A DNA stretch of 63,663 nt, filler included, from Stramenopiles sp. TOSAG23-3 (GCA_900128585.1; 18 parts of 18 records of this genome joined end to end with filler, not necessarily neighbours in it); one strand, 5' to 3'; shown: positions 10,676 through 21,136, counted from the first letter of the whole stretch. The notes: generated from the sequence alone by a model not told the origin. A program made the numbers and translations.

Positions 10676-12871
10676 GATGGGGTATTCACATGCGGGAAAT
10701 ATGCACCTTCGTTTGATTTCAGCACGGATCATGCAGTTGTCGCGGTAGACCGAGACCGATGCGGTTACATTTGCAATGTTGCGACGAACACGATTGCAAG
10801 TTCTTTGCCAATGGGATCGGGTAAAACGCACGGTCTTATCGAACACCTGCAACGAAATGATTATCAAAGGATTCTGGTTGTGGTCGGTCGTAGATCGTTC
10901 GGTGAAGGTATCGTAGAAGATTTGAATGCAACATGTAATACGAAATTCAAGTATTACGGAGATCTGAAGGGAAATCAGAAACCCGATCGATTGGTCTGCC
11001 AAGTGGATTCTTTGCGTAGGTTTGCATTGGACAAAGGAAAACTATTGGACTGGGATCTAGTGATCATCGACGAAGTGGTTACTGTTTTGTGCCATTTTCA
11101 AATGAAGCAATTTAAAGAACCCCGGTCAGTGTTTGGTTTACTCCAGACAATCTGTAGAAAAGTTGATAAACTTGTTGTCATGGATGCGGACATGGAAAAG
11201 ACGAAACATGTAGACTGGTTTGTAAACTCTTGTGGTCGGACGTATACAAAGATTCGATCCGATGCAAAGACCGACGATCGTTTGTATCTACGGTTATCCG
11301 ATTCCGACGATATGTATCTAAGAATCACAGAATTAATTCGTAAAGGTTTGAAAGTGGTTATTATGTCCAACACCGCAACGGAAATAAAAGCATGGCATGA
11401 ACGTCTGGAGAAGGAGTTTCCTGATAAAAAAGGTCTTGCAATTTACAACGAGGTAAACCACCAGTACGATGCGATCTTGATCGATAGCGTCCGTAAATTC
11501 GATAAAAATAAAGACACAAAAAACTTAAATTGGTTTGCCTTTAGCCCGTCGGTATCACCCGGGGTTTCGATAACCGACCCGTTCGATGTACTATGTGCAT
11601 ATGGGATGGCGTCTGAATTAACGGCGGGGGTTCGATACTGGCAGCAAATGTCTTACAGGTGCAGGGTTCTTCGAAAGAATCTTGTGTTGTACAAAATAGT
11701 GAACAGCCAAGTTCCGCGTCTGTCTCAAGAAATACCGGCCATAAAATCCGACTACGAATGTGGCGAAGCCTTCTTGACATCACAAGATGTCGGAACGGAT
11801 TACTCCTCTGGGGTGTTGAAATTAAGCAATGATCCATTCACCGAAAACTGTGTTTATATCGAACAACAAGCACGATTCAATGGGACGTTCGAAAACAAAT
11901 TTAAGGAATGGAAAAAAAAAGACGGGGGCACGTTTGATTATTTGGAATTGTCCATTTCGAATGAAAAATGCCTTTCAAGTGCAGTGATTCAGGGGCAAGT
12001 CAAGAAACAAAACAAAAAAGATAAGGAAATGGAAATTTGCAAAGCCAGTGTATTAACTTTATCGGAATATGAAAAGCAGAAAGGCAAACCAACACCGGAA
12101 GTGTCTCGTTATTGTTATTGTAAGAAATACAACATTGATCCAACGGTAGACGCAGACACACTTCATAACCACATGTTGTTAGTTAAAAGTTTTGGTTTAA
12201 ACGGCGGTGATGAATGTGTTCAGCACTTTACATCCTTTTTATTCGACTGGCCTGTTAAAGATCCCACAGAGAAAGTACGAAGAAAGGTGTTCAAGCAGTT
12301 GATTAAAAATTGCGGTTGGGATGGTATTGGTGACAAAGAGGTATTCTCTGAAAACGATTCTATGGACGTAGAAGAGATGAAGAAACTTATGAAATTTGTT
12401 GAAACCAATGAACGAATATCCAAAGAATTAAACCTCAAAAAAGCAAGTGATCCTTTGACCTTTGCCAAATATGCCCTGAACTCTATGGGCAAGCGATTCG
12501 GTTTGGGCAGTATCATGTGTGGGAACAAACCATATCGTAAACGGCGTTTGAGAACTGAAAAGTTTGAGTCTCTGTTGGAATTGGCATTTATGCGTGGGTT
12601 GAACTACATCAAGCATGAGTTACTCGATTTGTTCAACGATAGATCGCGAACTTATGAAGGTATCACAATCACAGATCCATTCGTTTGTGGTCTATTGGTA
12701 GACCATATGCGATATAATTGGCGTGAAAGTATGTCCATTTCTTCTGCCGTTGAATATTTATCGAAGCGTTTACCTAAAGACATGGTTGAATCCGGTGTAC
12801 AGTATATTGAAGGTAATATGTGTGGTTTATCCATAAACGACACGACGATTACTTTATGCATCACTGCATAA
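10676..12871 (+). CDS. Origin-binding-protein (herpes UL9-like) superfamily 2 helicase, 5'-truncated
   Basis: Walker A LPMGSGKT, RRSF, VCQVDSLRR, Walker B VIIDEVVTV, VVMDAD, FSPSVSPGVS, QMSYRCR; the frame is open from the contig edge (DGVFTCGKYAPSF...). Confidence 0.85.
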   Translation, partial: DGVFTCGKYAPSFDFSTDHAVVAVDRDRCGYICNVATNTIASSLPMGSGKTHGLIEHLQRNDYQRILVVVGRRSFGEGIVEDLNATCNTKFKYYGDLKGNQKPDRLVCQVDSLRRFALDKGKLLDWDLVIIDEVVTVLCHFQMKQFKEPRSVFGLLQTICRKVDKLVVMDADMEKTKHVDWFVNSCGRTYTKIRSDAKTDDRLYLRLSDSDDMYLRITELIRKGLKVVIMSNTATEIKAWHERLEKEFPDKKGLAIYNEVNHQYDAILIDSVRKFDKNKDTKNLNWFAFSPSVSPGVSITDPFDVLCAYGMASELTAGVRYWQQMSYRCRVLRKNLVLYKIVNSQVPRLSQEIPAIKSDYECGEAFLTSQDVGTDYSSGVLKLSNDPFTENCVYIEQQARFNGTFENKFKEWKKKDGGTFDYLELSISNEKCLSSAVIQGQVKKQNKKDKEMEICKASVLTLSEYEKQKGKPTPEVSRYCYCKKYNIDPTVDADTLHNHMLLVKSFGLNGGDECVQHFTSFLFDWPVKDPTEKVRRKVFKQLIKNCGWDGIGDKEVFSENDSMDVEEMKKLMKFVETNERISKELNLKKASDPLTFAKYALNSMGKRFGLGSIMCGNKPYRKRRLRTEKFESLLELAFMRGLNYIKHELLDLFNDRSRTYEGITITDPFVCGLLVDHMRYNWRESMSISSAVEYLSKRLPKDMVESGVQYIEGNMCGLSINDTTITLCITA

Positions 12872-13292
12872 AGCGCATCTGGAAAACACGGACTACTTTG
12901 TTTGTCGTTTATTAAGAAGATGGTTCGTGATCGTTTATGCATAATAGGAAATTCTTCGTGAGTTAAATTTAAATAATATATAAAGAAGATATGTAAATCA
13001 GCTCACGTAATTTAATCATACAAATTTAATGAACATAACTACCATCCGGATGCAACAAATACATTGGATGAACCCGACTGATACGAATAGGATTGCCATT
13101 CGCTTTGTAATACGCCCATCTATTCCCCCCCGAAATCCATAAAGCACTATGTGGTTTGATATATCGCATTTATTGAAAACAAAACCTTGCGCATATATAG
13201 TGTCAAAAATTTAACACGGACATAATTCGCGACATTAATCCCAATGGAGTAACTTGAAATTAAGAGTATATAAGTCTACACACATTTCGGAA

Positions 13293-13586
13293 ATGTTGAC
13301 TGAAGTCGTTCAATCCATCGGGTGGAACGATCCTGAAGACAGAGAAACGATAATAAGAAAAGAACAATTGGAAGCATCCATTCCTAAAATAAAAGAATTG
13401 AAGAACGATTTAACCTTGGTGAAAGGAGGGGTTGGAAAGTATGTACAGACCAAAGGCATTAATAATGTCCACGATGTATTAGTAATTCTACGCAGAATAG
13501 CGCGGTTAAATGGTCACGCCATTACATACAAACGAGCATCAAAAAACAATAAAAATAAACCAGTATACTTATATCAATTACTATAA
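13293..13586 (+). CDS. 97-aa basic protein resembling the C-terminal domain of OBP-type helicases
   Basis: ATG preceded by GTATATAAG; LTEVVQSIGWNDPEDRE...LVILRRIARLNGHAITYKR...YLYQL. Confidence 0.65.
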   Translation: MLTEVVQSIGWNDPEDRETIIRKEQLEASIPKIKELKNDLTLVKGGVGKYVQTKGINNVHDVLVILRRIARLNGHAITYKRASKNNKNKPVYLYQLL

Positions 13587-13820
13587 GCTTAACACACACA
13601 CAAATTTGGGTTTCTTTAAACGAATAGCCAAATCCAGTGGTGTCTCCCCACTAGGATGCTTAATGTTTATGTTGAACCCACGATAAACTAATAATTGGGC
13701 AACATCAAGCAAATTCCCAAACACACAGGCGTGAAGCCATCCCCACCCCATGCTGTCGAGAGTTTCCAACTCCTCCCGTGGGTTTGAGTCGATCAAATGT
13801 TTTGCGTACTCTATGTCCAT
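13581..13820 (-). CDS. Small ankyrin-repeat protein
   Basis: GWGWLHACVFGNLLDVAQLLVYRGFNINIKHPSGETPLDLA. Confidence 0.85.
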   Translation of the reverse strand: MDIEYAKHLIDSNPREELETLDSMGWGWLHACVFGNLLDVAQLLVYRGFNINIKHPSGETPLDLAIRLKKPKFVCVLSL

Positions 13821-13830
13821 ATATAAAGTA

Positions 13831-14037
13831 TCATTCTATATTTATAACTCCGTTTTTTTCAATTCTATCCTTTAACCCCTTTGTTAATTGTATTCCTTTG
13901 TATCGAAAGACTAGGCTGAACGATTCATTGTCACCTTGTTCCCACGTCTTTCCCACCAAGCCATGTTGTAAAGGTTCTAGGATAGACTCCATCGCTGACA
14001 CGGACAGATCATTACAATTGAATACAATGGTGGTCAT
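13831..14037 (-). CDS. 68-aa hypothetical protein
   Basis: AAAATG start; lies 10 bp upstream of the ankyrin gene in the same orientation. Confidence 0.55.
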   Translation of the reverse strand: MTTIVFNCNDLSVSAMESILEPLQHGLVGKTWEQGDNESFSLVFRYKGIQLTKGLKDRIEKNGVINIE

Positions 14038-14075
14038 TTTACGTAATGTATAAATACATATATATGTAATATTAA

Positions 14076-14122
14076 ATGACTACTCTTGATCTCGACAAGA
14101 AAGAATGTGTGCTATGCCAGAT
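14076..14122 (+). CDS. Start of a CxxC (possible zinc-finger) protein, truncated by the contig end
   Basis: MTTLDLDKKECVLCQ, divergent from the 14037 start across a 38-bp TATA-rich spacer. Confidence 0.35.
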
Positions 14123-14812
14123 NNNNNNNNNNNNNNNNNNNNNNNNNNNNNNNNNNNNNNNNNNNNTTAATTAATTAANNNNNNNNNNNNNNNNNNNNNN
14201 NNNNNNNNNNNNNNNNNNNNNNAAATATAAAAACTCTTTCTCTTTTAAAATAATATATTAAATATAATAACATGTACACAGCATTAATTAAAATGATTTT
14301 ATAATTACCACTTACACATTTGATTCCTTGTCTGTCGTCCTCTCTCCTGGAATATTATTTATATTATTGTACCGTACCGTACGAGGAGCGAGGAGTGCGT
14401 CATGAAGGCAGGTTTGGTGACATCATTTTTTAACATTAAATATATATATAGGATTAGCATAGAGAGAAAGAAGAAGAAAGAAGAAAAGAATTATTCTTCT
14501 TCTTTTTTAAAATAATAATAATAGTTAAATAAGATCCTCCTCCTTCCTTCTCCTTCCTTTTATTATATTATTACCTTGTTGGTATGTATACAAACATGAA
14601 CAAACACACATTGATTCGAGAGATCGATCGATGAACCGTCTTGGCTGGTGAAATCACATGTTTGAGTTTGTTTGTTTCTTTGTAAAACTATATTTAACTT
14701 TCACTCCCCCCTTTTACGACTAGTTAATTAATTAGAAACGAAGAAGAACGAATATATTTGTCATCGTTATTGAAGACTTGAATTGAATACATCCCTCTTT
14801 GTTTTATTGAAA

Positions 14813-15673
14813 ATGTCGTCTGGAATACTATCGCAACTTCCTGCAGGGTTGGAGCATGGGCTCGACATGTCCGACCCGGTGGTTCAAAAATGGATGTACG
14901 GGGTCCCGGCAGCCCATATCCTTTGCTGCTTGCTGTTTCGGTTGTTGGGATGGTGGCCAAAGCCGTCGCAGCGCCCTGGGTCAAATACCAAAGGGTCGAG
15001 GACGTCGGACATGCTTGCCTACAACGTTGTTGCGGGGTACATTTGCTGCTACGTCGCCTACTACGGAACCATCGCCCAGTTCGGGCTTATGGGCAACAAC
15101 GAGTTGGAAAAGTTGAACAAAGCCCCCGGGGCGTCCCACAACCGGTTTTACAACGAAAGCACGTGGACCTATGAGTACCTTGTGCTGCCGATGCTGGGAT
15201 ACCAGGTCTACAACTTCTTCTTGTGCTTTGCGTTTTACGACCTTCGTGACCCTGCCATGATCGGGCACCACTTTTTTACCGCAACTCTCGCGTACATGGG
15301 TTTGCACCCCTACCTTCACGTAAAATGCATATTTTTCTTCGGGTTTGCTGAACTTTCGAACGTCTTCTTAGCGTTTCGTGATTTCTTCAAGTACATCCCA
15401 AGCCTGAAGACGAATTTCCCGGCGTTGTACAATCTAAGCTCCTTGTCGTTTGGCGTGTCGTTCATTGCCCTCCGTTTGATCATGTGGCCGTACATTAGCT
15501 ATGACTTTTGGAAAGATTCGATCACCCTGCTGCAGTCCGGAAAAGCGCACTCAAACCTTGTCGTTGTCACGTTCCTGGTAGCAAACATCTTTCTCACCGG
15601 GTTGCAGATCATGTGGGGAAAGATGATCTTCAAAATAATCATTGGGAAAAAGAAAAAGCCAAAGGCGCAGTAA
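14813..15673 (+). CDS. TLC-domain membrane protein (TLCD4/TMEM56-like)
   Basis: GYQVYN, MIGHH, ELSNVFL, FGVSFIALRL, LQIMWGKMI; basic tail. Confidence 0.85.
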   Translation: MSSGILSQLPAGLEHGLDMSDPVVQKWMYGVPAAHILCCLLFRLLGWWPKPSQRPGSNTKGSRTSDMLAYNVVAGYICCYVAYYGTIAQFGLMGNNELEKLNKAPGASHNRFYNESTWTYEYLVLPMLGYQVYNFFLCFAFYDLRDPAMIGHHFFTATLAYMGLHPYLHVKCIFFFGFAELSNVFLAFRDFFKYIPSLKTNFPALYNLSSLSFGVSFIALRLIMWPYISYDFWKDSITLLQSGKAHSNLVVVTFLVANIFLTGLQIMWGKMIFKIIIGKKKKPKAQ

Positions 15674-16085
15674 CTATATATGCGCTGGTGTTAATAGCAC
15701 CAGAACAGATTTTATTGAAGAGGTTCGTATAAATTTTCTTTCGCGTAAATTAATTTTTTGCTCAACTTCAGTTTTATTTTCTTAAAATCACGTGTACGTA
15801 TGATATACACTCAGAACATTGGCTGTTATTTACGTAATTAAAATTAATGTACTCCGAAGTTGATTGAATAAATTGCGAAAATGAATCTGCTCCTTTTGTC
15901 CATTAGGGGTTTACGTTCCTTCATGTGCTGCGAACTTAAGATATGTTACTTATATGATACGAAGTAAGCTAAAGAACTCCATAATTTAACTTTACCTTTA
16001 TCATACCTGCTGGAAAAAAATACTATTATTGATTCGTTTTAACGAATCAATAGAAGAATTTTAGATTTAAAAATTTAAAATTCCT

Positions 16086-17123
16086 TTATTTGATCCCTTT
16101 CAAAAACGATGAGAGCAATTTCTGCTCGCGGCTACGACCCGTTGGTTTCGTGTTGTTGGCCCGCTTTGTATTTGCTTCAAATTGCCCGCACGCGCCGCAA
16201 ATTGTCACGCGGCGATCGTTGATCAATGTACAGGTAGAGCAAGTCCACGTCCGTGTGCCCTTGGGTTTTTGTTCGTTTCCATTTGGTCGAGACTCCGACA
16301 GTACTGGACCTCCTTGGAGTTTTCTCTTTTTTGTCTTTCCCCCGTTGGGCTTAGGCGTGGAAGGTTTTTGAACAAAGGAAAGAATGGAGCTTCTCTCTTT
16401 TGAAATCTCGCTGTACATTTTCGGGACAGGACTTGCCTCGTCACCATGCACCATGTACTTGTAATAGGAGTGCTGCCCTCTTTGGGTGTCCTCGCGATTG
16501 GGCAAGATGTTTCTAAAATTTATGTTCACGCGCGGTCTCCGATACTTTTCCTACGGCACCCGGTGGTGCCAGTGGTCCTGCGTGTCCCCTCGCATGACCA
16601 ACAAATCCCCCCCACGACAAGTGAATTCCCGCTGCTCTGCACGGGTGTCTATTCCGTTGTCGCCTTTCGCACAGGGCCATACGTTTGTCATCCGGCGCAT
16701 TTCAAACGTCGCCTTGTAGCCAAGGCTGAGGGACCCGATGGTGGGGGTTTTCCCCAGAAATGTTCGGCCATCGGTGTGCCATGCTATGTTGTCGTTCCCG
16801 TCGTAGTAAAGGCGGATAAGAATACTGTTGTATTTGGCATTTGTTGCTTTGGAGACTTTCTCGACCAAGGGCTTCAAAAACGCTGGCACGTCGCAGTACG
16901 GTCGAAGGTCCTTGTACCCACCATAAAAGTTTGTCCAGCACGGTGTCACGCATTGGTTTTGGAAGCGCGCAGACTTGTACTTTACCCGGTACCACGGCAC
17001 AAGTTCTAGAATTTTATCGTACCAAAATTTCTCCTCTTCAGGATTCAAGAACTGATGAAAGTGGCTTACGTGAAGGTTTTGACTGTCCAAGTCCACCTTT
17101 TCTACCCGGCCACCCGATGACAT
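16086..17123 (-). CDS. AlkB-family (ALKBH2/3-like) 2OG-Fe(II) dioxygenase with C-terminal RanBP2/NZF zinc finger; one in-frame TAG at 16551-16553
   Basis: YYDGNDNIAWHTD, SLSLG, GDLLVMRGDTQDHWHHRVP*EKYRRPRVNINFR, WTCSTCTLINDRRVTICGAC; the two listed ORFs are in the same frame. Confidence 0.85.
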
Positions 17124-17771
17124 GGTGGTCTATTATATTATTTCCCCTCTATATACTTCCCAAATTGTTCTCGCCCGTGGACTCTACACTGAAATATCGA
17201 AATCCTTCAAACAAACAAAAAACTGGGGGGATACATGCTGTTTAAAAGAAGGAGCGAGCGTCTTCCCCTTTCTATCCATTTATTGTGTTCTATAATATGT
17301 AACCACTACAAAACTACAACCTTTTTATTCTAATTTTTAATAGACAACTATTTACAGAGGAGATATATTTATTATTATTCGATTGTAATTATAATTAAAA
17401 GTGTCGTCTGTGTCGTCTATCATCTTATACAAACAATGGACAGTCGAATAAGAGAAGTACAAATACTACTTCCAAAGAAGGAAGTACCGGCCGGTCGTAC
17501 TGAACGAGGAGTCTTCTATTTTGTTTCAATTCAAATTTTAATAAAGCAAAAAAATGCAAAATATCTTCTTATATTAATAATATGTTGGTCATCCAATCCA
17601 ATTAAGGGGGAGGTACGGTCTGGAGGGTGTTTTCGTCTTTTTTACAAAAAAACGATCATTTTTACTCAATTNNNNNNNNNNNNNNNNNNNNNNNNNNNNN
17701 NNNNNNNNNNNNNNNTTAATTAATTAANNNNNNNNNNNNNNNNNNNNNNNNNNNNNNNNNNNNNNNNNNNN

Positions 17772-17850
17772 GCCACCGCAGCCAGAATTTTTTCGTTGGA
17801 CAAGCCGTCGGCAAGGCTTCCCATCTAATTTATACAATGTTCTATCCCAG
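17772..17850. repeat. 79-bp inverted repeat, left contig end
   Basis: Reverse complement of 21137-21215. Confidence 0.95.
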
Positions 17851-18741
17851 CAATCTCTAACGCTTTCCCTCGACACCCACGTGTCCGTCTTGCTTTAAGA
17901 ATCAGTTGAACCGTTCTTAAACGCAACCTAAAATGAACTAACTCCAATAGTTCTTCCCTTTCTTGGATGATACCTACGTGTTCATGTTCAGTAAATGGCA
18001 TTCTCAATACGTAAGCTCAATGAACAAGAGGTGTATTAACAATTCATCACACCCATCGCTCGACCACAAATACCAACTATTCGATTTCTTTCTGCTTTAT
18101 TCACACATTTTTTTCTCTTCTTCTCTTCTTCTTCTTCTTATTTTCCTCCTATATTTTATTATTATATTTTCTCGTATTATTACTACTACTCGTAGACGAC
18201 TATTATTTTAATATTTAATAATAATAAGTTAAAATCCTCCTCCTCCACCAAAACAATATAACAAAACAAAACCAAAACAAAACCAAAAACAAACCAAAAC
18301 CAAAAACAAAAACAATGGTTCAAATGGGGAAGAATGTCAAAGTGTAATTATTCCAATGGATAAAATAATGGAGCTGAATCTATTAAAGTTCATTAGACTA
18401 GTATATAAATAAATGTACTTAGTTTGATAGTATAATAATATATAAATAAGTTAAGTCTTGTGTATTTTTTGGGCAACAAAACAAATTTAACAACCACCAA
18501 ACGCAACACACACGACGGACGGTGTGAGAGGAGGTTTGACGAAGAGAACAAATAATTACACACTGTTTGAAACCACCTAGACCAGTATTGTTCATATTTG
18601 TGTACGTCGTAAACATAGTACTTCGCAGTCCATATGTTTAGTTAGATTCCAGGGGTAATAATTGTCTGTTTTGTGCGTGTCTGTTGTAATTATTTTGTGC
18701 GCTGAACAAGTCAAGTATAGTTGCTCGTGTTCCTGCACAAG

Positions 18742-20274
18742 ATGAGCTCGCGACGGCGGAGTAGTGTATTTTTTGACGAGGCGGAGTTTACGGAACAAGC
18801 GCTGTTAGATGATCTGTTGCAGGATGTCGATGGGAAGAGTTATTTTGAAGAGGAGTTGGAAAAACTGCAGGAAGAAGAAAAGTTGGCGAAGCTAGCGTCC
18901 GAGGAGCGCATGGGCCAACTAAGGGAGTTGCAAAACCGTAGGAACCGATACCGTTTGAACTTGTCCAACGAAACGAGCAAACGGCTGCCCCTCGTTCAGA
19001 TAGAAGACGTAGGTGTACTGCAAGAAGCCCTGGCGAAAGCCATGTTCGTGATCGACGAGTTAAGGAAGGAGAAACGGGAATGCGAGCTTAAATTCCATAA
19101 ATTAAAAGAAGCCGTCATGCTCACGTTCGACAAGTTTGACGGGGGGGGCGGTGACGAAGAGGACGAGAGTGGCAGCCGTCGAGTCACGGACGATGAAAGT
19201 ACCACAGCCCAGGAGGATGCGTTGCTCTTGCAATCCCTTCTTCCCACGCAGACCATTACGGCGGATACAACTAAGGAACCAGATACACCGAAGGGCGAAG
19301 TAGACGAGAAAAAGGCGGAAGAACCGCCGGTAAAAGTAGCTGGGGGGGATGCGATTGTCGAGGAATACCTTCGCTTAAAGGAAGCGCAGGAGAAAGAGGA
19401 GCACTTGCGCAAGTGCGAGTCTCAACGCCGTTCTACGGCATCGAGCAATGTGGAAAGCACGGAAAGCGCGCCGGACACACTAATAGAAGACCATAGCAAG
19501 GAGTACGATTCACCCTCCCTTGCCGACGAAGCGCCCAAACCTGCACCTGAAGGATTGAAGGAAGAGGCAAGCGACGACGAGAAGGGCGCGGCGGCGGACG
19601 GCCAAGCGCCGGCAGAGACAAAGAGTGTGCGGGAAGACGACACAGCGGTCTCCGTGTCAAAGGAGGAAGGGGGGGCAACACACGCATCAGCTAATCCCAA
19701 GCCTGAGGATGGGGCGGTGGAGAATGCAACGCCCCCAGGTCAAATGGACAGCGAAAAGGGTCCAGAGATAAAGTCGTCGACGGTCACGGGGCGCGTGCCG
19801 GGAGCTGCGGGGGAAGACGCCGCCGGCTCCCAGGAGCGGAAAACGCCAGAAGAAGAAAGGTTGGAACGGGAAAAGAAAAAGCGCGAAGAGAAGACTAAGA
19901 AGCTCTTGTCGCGCTTCAAAGCGGACAAAGCAAAGCACTTGAAAGACGCAGAGGACCCAAGCGATTTGCACAGGGGCACAAAAAAGGAAGCCAACCGCCG
20001 CGCCACAACGTCCCCTTCCAGGGAAGAAAATCCAAACCATGGCCGCCCCGCAGAGAAGAAAAAGTCGCCCGAATCGAAGAAGACGGGCACGCTCACGGCG
20101 GACGAAAAGCTTCGACAGGAAAAGAAAGCGCGAGAGGCGAAGACTAAGAAACTCTTGTCGCGCTTCAAAGCGGACAAAGAGAGGCACAAGAAAGAATCGG
20201 AGGAGGACGCCAAAGGTAGCGCTCCGGGGAGGCTATTGCCAAAGATGACATCGTTTAAGAAATTCTTTCACTAA
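18742..20274 (+). CDS. Coiled-coil/low-complexity protein with two KTKKLLSRFKADK repeats
   Basis: 510-codon ORF; N-terminal domain is similar to the product of 20575-21030. Confidence 0.8.
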   Translation: MSSRRRSSVFFDEAEFTEQALLDDLLQDVDGKSYFEEELEKLQEEEKLAKLASEERMGQLRELQNRRNRYRLNLSNETSKRLPLVQIEDVGVLQEALAKAMFVIDELRKEKRECELKFHKLKEAVMLTFDKFDGGGGDEEDESGSRRVTDDESTTAQEDALLLQSLLPTQTITADTTKEPDTPKGEVDEKKAEEPPVKVAGGDAIVEEYLRLKEAQEKEEHLRKCESQRRSTASSNVESTESAPDTLIEDHSKEYDSPSLADEAPKPAPEGLKEEASDDEKGAAADGQAPAETKSVREDDTAVSVSKEEGGATHASANPKPEDGAVENATPPGQMDSEKGPEIKSSTVTGRVPGAAGEDAAGSQERKTPEEERLEREKKKREEKTKKLLSRFKADKAKHLKDAEDPSDLHRGTKKEANRRATTSPSREENPNHGRPAEKKKSPESKKTGTLTADEKLRQEKKAREAKTKKLLSRFKADKERHKKESEEDAKGSAPGRLLPKMTSFKKFFH

Positions 20275-20574
20275 AGACGGCACGGGCACTTGTACATATT
20301 TTATACATACTTATCATGCCTTATCTTATAAAAGGATTACGAAATCCGAAGGAGTTCAATTTAAAGACTCACACCTTTTTCTAACACCAAAACTTTATGT
20401 TTAAGTATTTTTTTAAAGAATTACACGCTCCCACGGCTTTGATCTTCCCTTTAAAACTAGAAATTGCAATGGGCCCTGCACCCTGCGTATTTTTACGAGC
20501 TTAAGCCTTACGCGCCCGCTTTGCACGGGAGGGATCGGTACCCCTTGTTGGGCGGAGGAGGGCACTAAGCGCGA

Positions 20575-21030
20575 CTACTCTACCTTCTGGTTGCACAGGT
20601 CCTCGATGCTCTGCTTGAACCCACGGAGCTCTTCCAACTCTTGTTCTTGCGCCGACGCGCTTTCTTTGGCTGCGCGCAAGTCGTCGATGACCAGAAGTGC
20701 CTTTGCCAAAGCCCGCTTCAGACCGGACACGTCGTCCGTGGAGATGCCCTTGATTTTATTACTAACGCGCTTCTCCATAGCGTCGGATTTGGCTTGTTGC
20801 CTGGCCTTCACAGCCTCCAACTTCTTCCTTCGCTCTTCCGCGGCAGCCTGGGCCGCCTTCTCCGCCTTTAGCAGCTCTTCAATTTCTGTGTCATCGTCCT
20901 CTTCGCCCGGGGTTTGCAGAAAAGACATCAAGACTTGAGCATCCTCAACCAAGATGTTTTCCAAGGAGTTCCGTCTCCCTCGCTCGGCTGCTGCGGGTGC
21001 CGGAGGTGGGGCCTTTGCTTCACTTGACAT
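20575..21030 (-). CDS. Short coiled-coil protein, paralog of the N-terminal domain of the neighbouring gene
   Basis: DDVSGLKRALAKALLVIDDLR versus EDVGVLQEALAKAMFVIDELR. Confidence 0.8.
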   Translation of the reverse strand: MSSEAKAPPPAPAAAERGRRNSLENILVEDAQVLMSFLQTPGEEDDDTEIEELLKAEKAAQAAAEERRKKLEAVKARQQAKSDAMEKRVSNKIKGISTDDVSGLKRALAKALLVIDDLRAAKESASAQEQELEELRGFKQSIEDLCNQKVE

Positions 21031-21136
21031 GCTGTTTTAGGTAAGATGAAATAAACGTAAATGAATATGTGTGTGTGAGAGAGAAAGTGTGTATGTACGT
21101 GCAATAAAATCAATGTATAACACTTCTACTCAATAT

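Larger units (their letters stand above)
10674..14122. mobile_element. Virus-like contig (endogenous viral element, Polinton-like virus or co-sequenced DNA virus)
   Basis: OBP helicase plus tightly packed small intronless ORFs (6-bp overlap, 10-bp and 38-bp gaps), unlike the long AT-rich spacers of host contigs; no microsatellites. Confidence 0.7.

Noticed and set aside
13017-13169. 37-50 codon minus-strand ORFs in the spacer of the virus-like contig
   Set aside because: Too short, with two competing frames and no motif; cannot choose between them or confirm either
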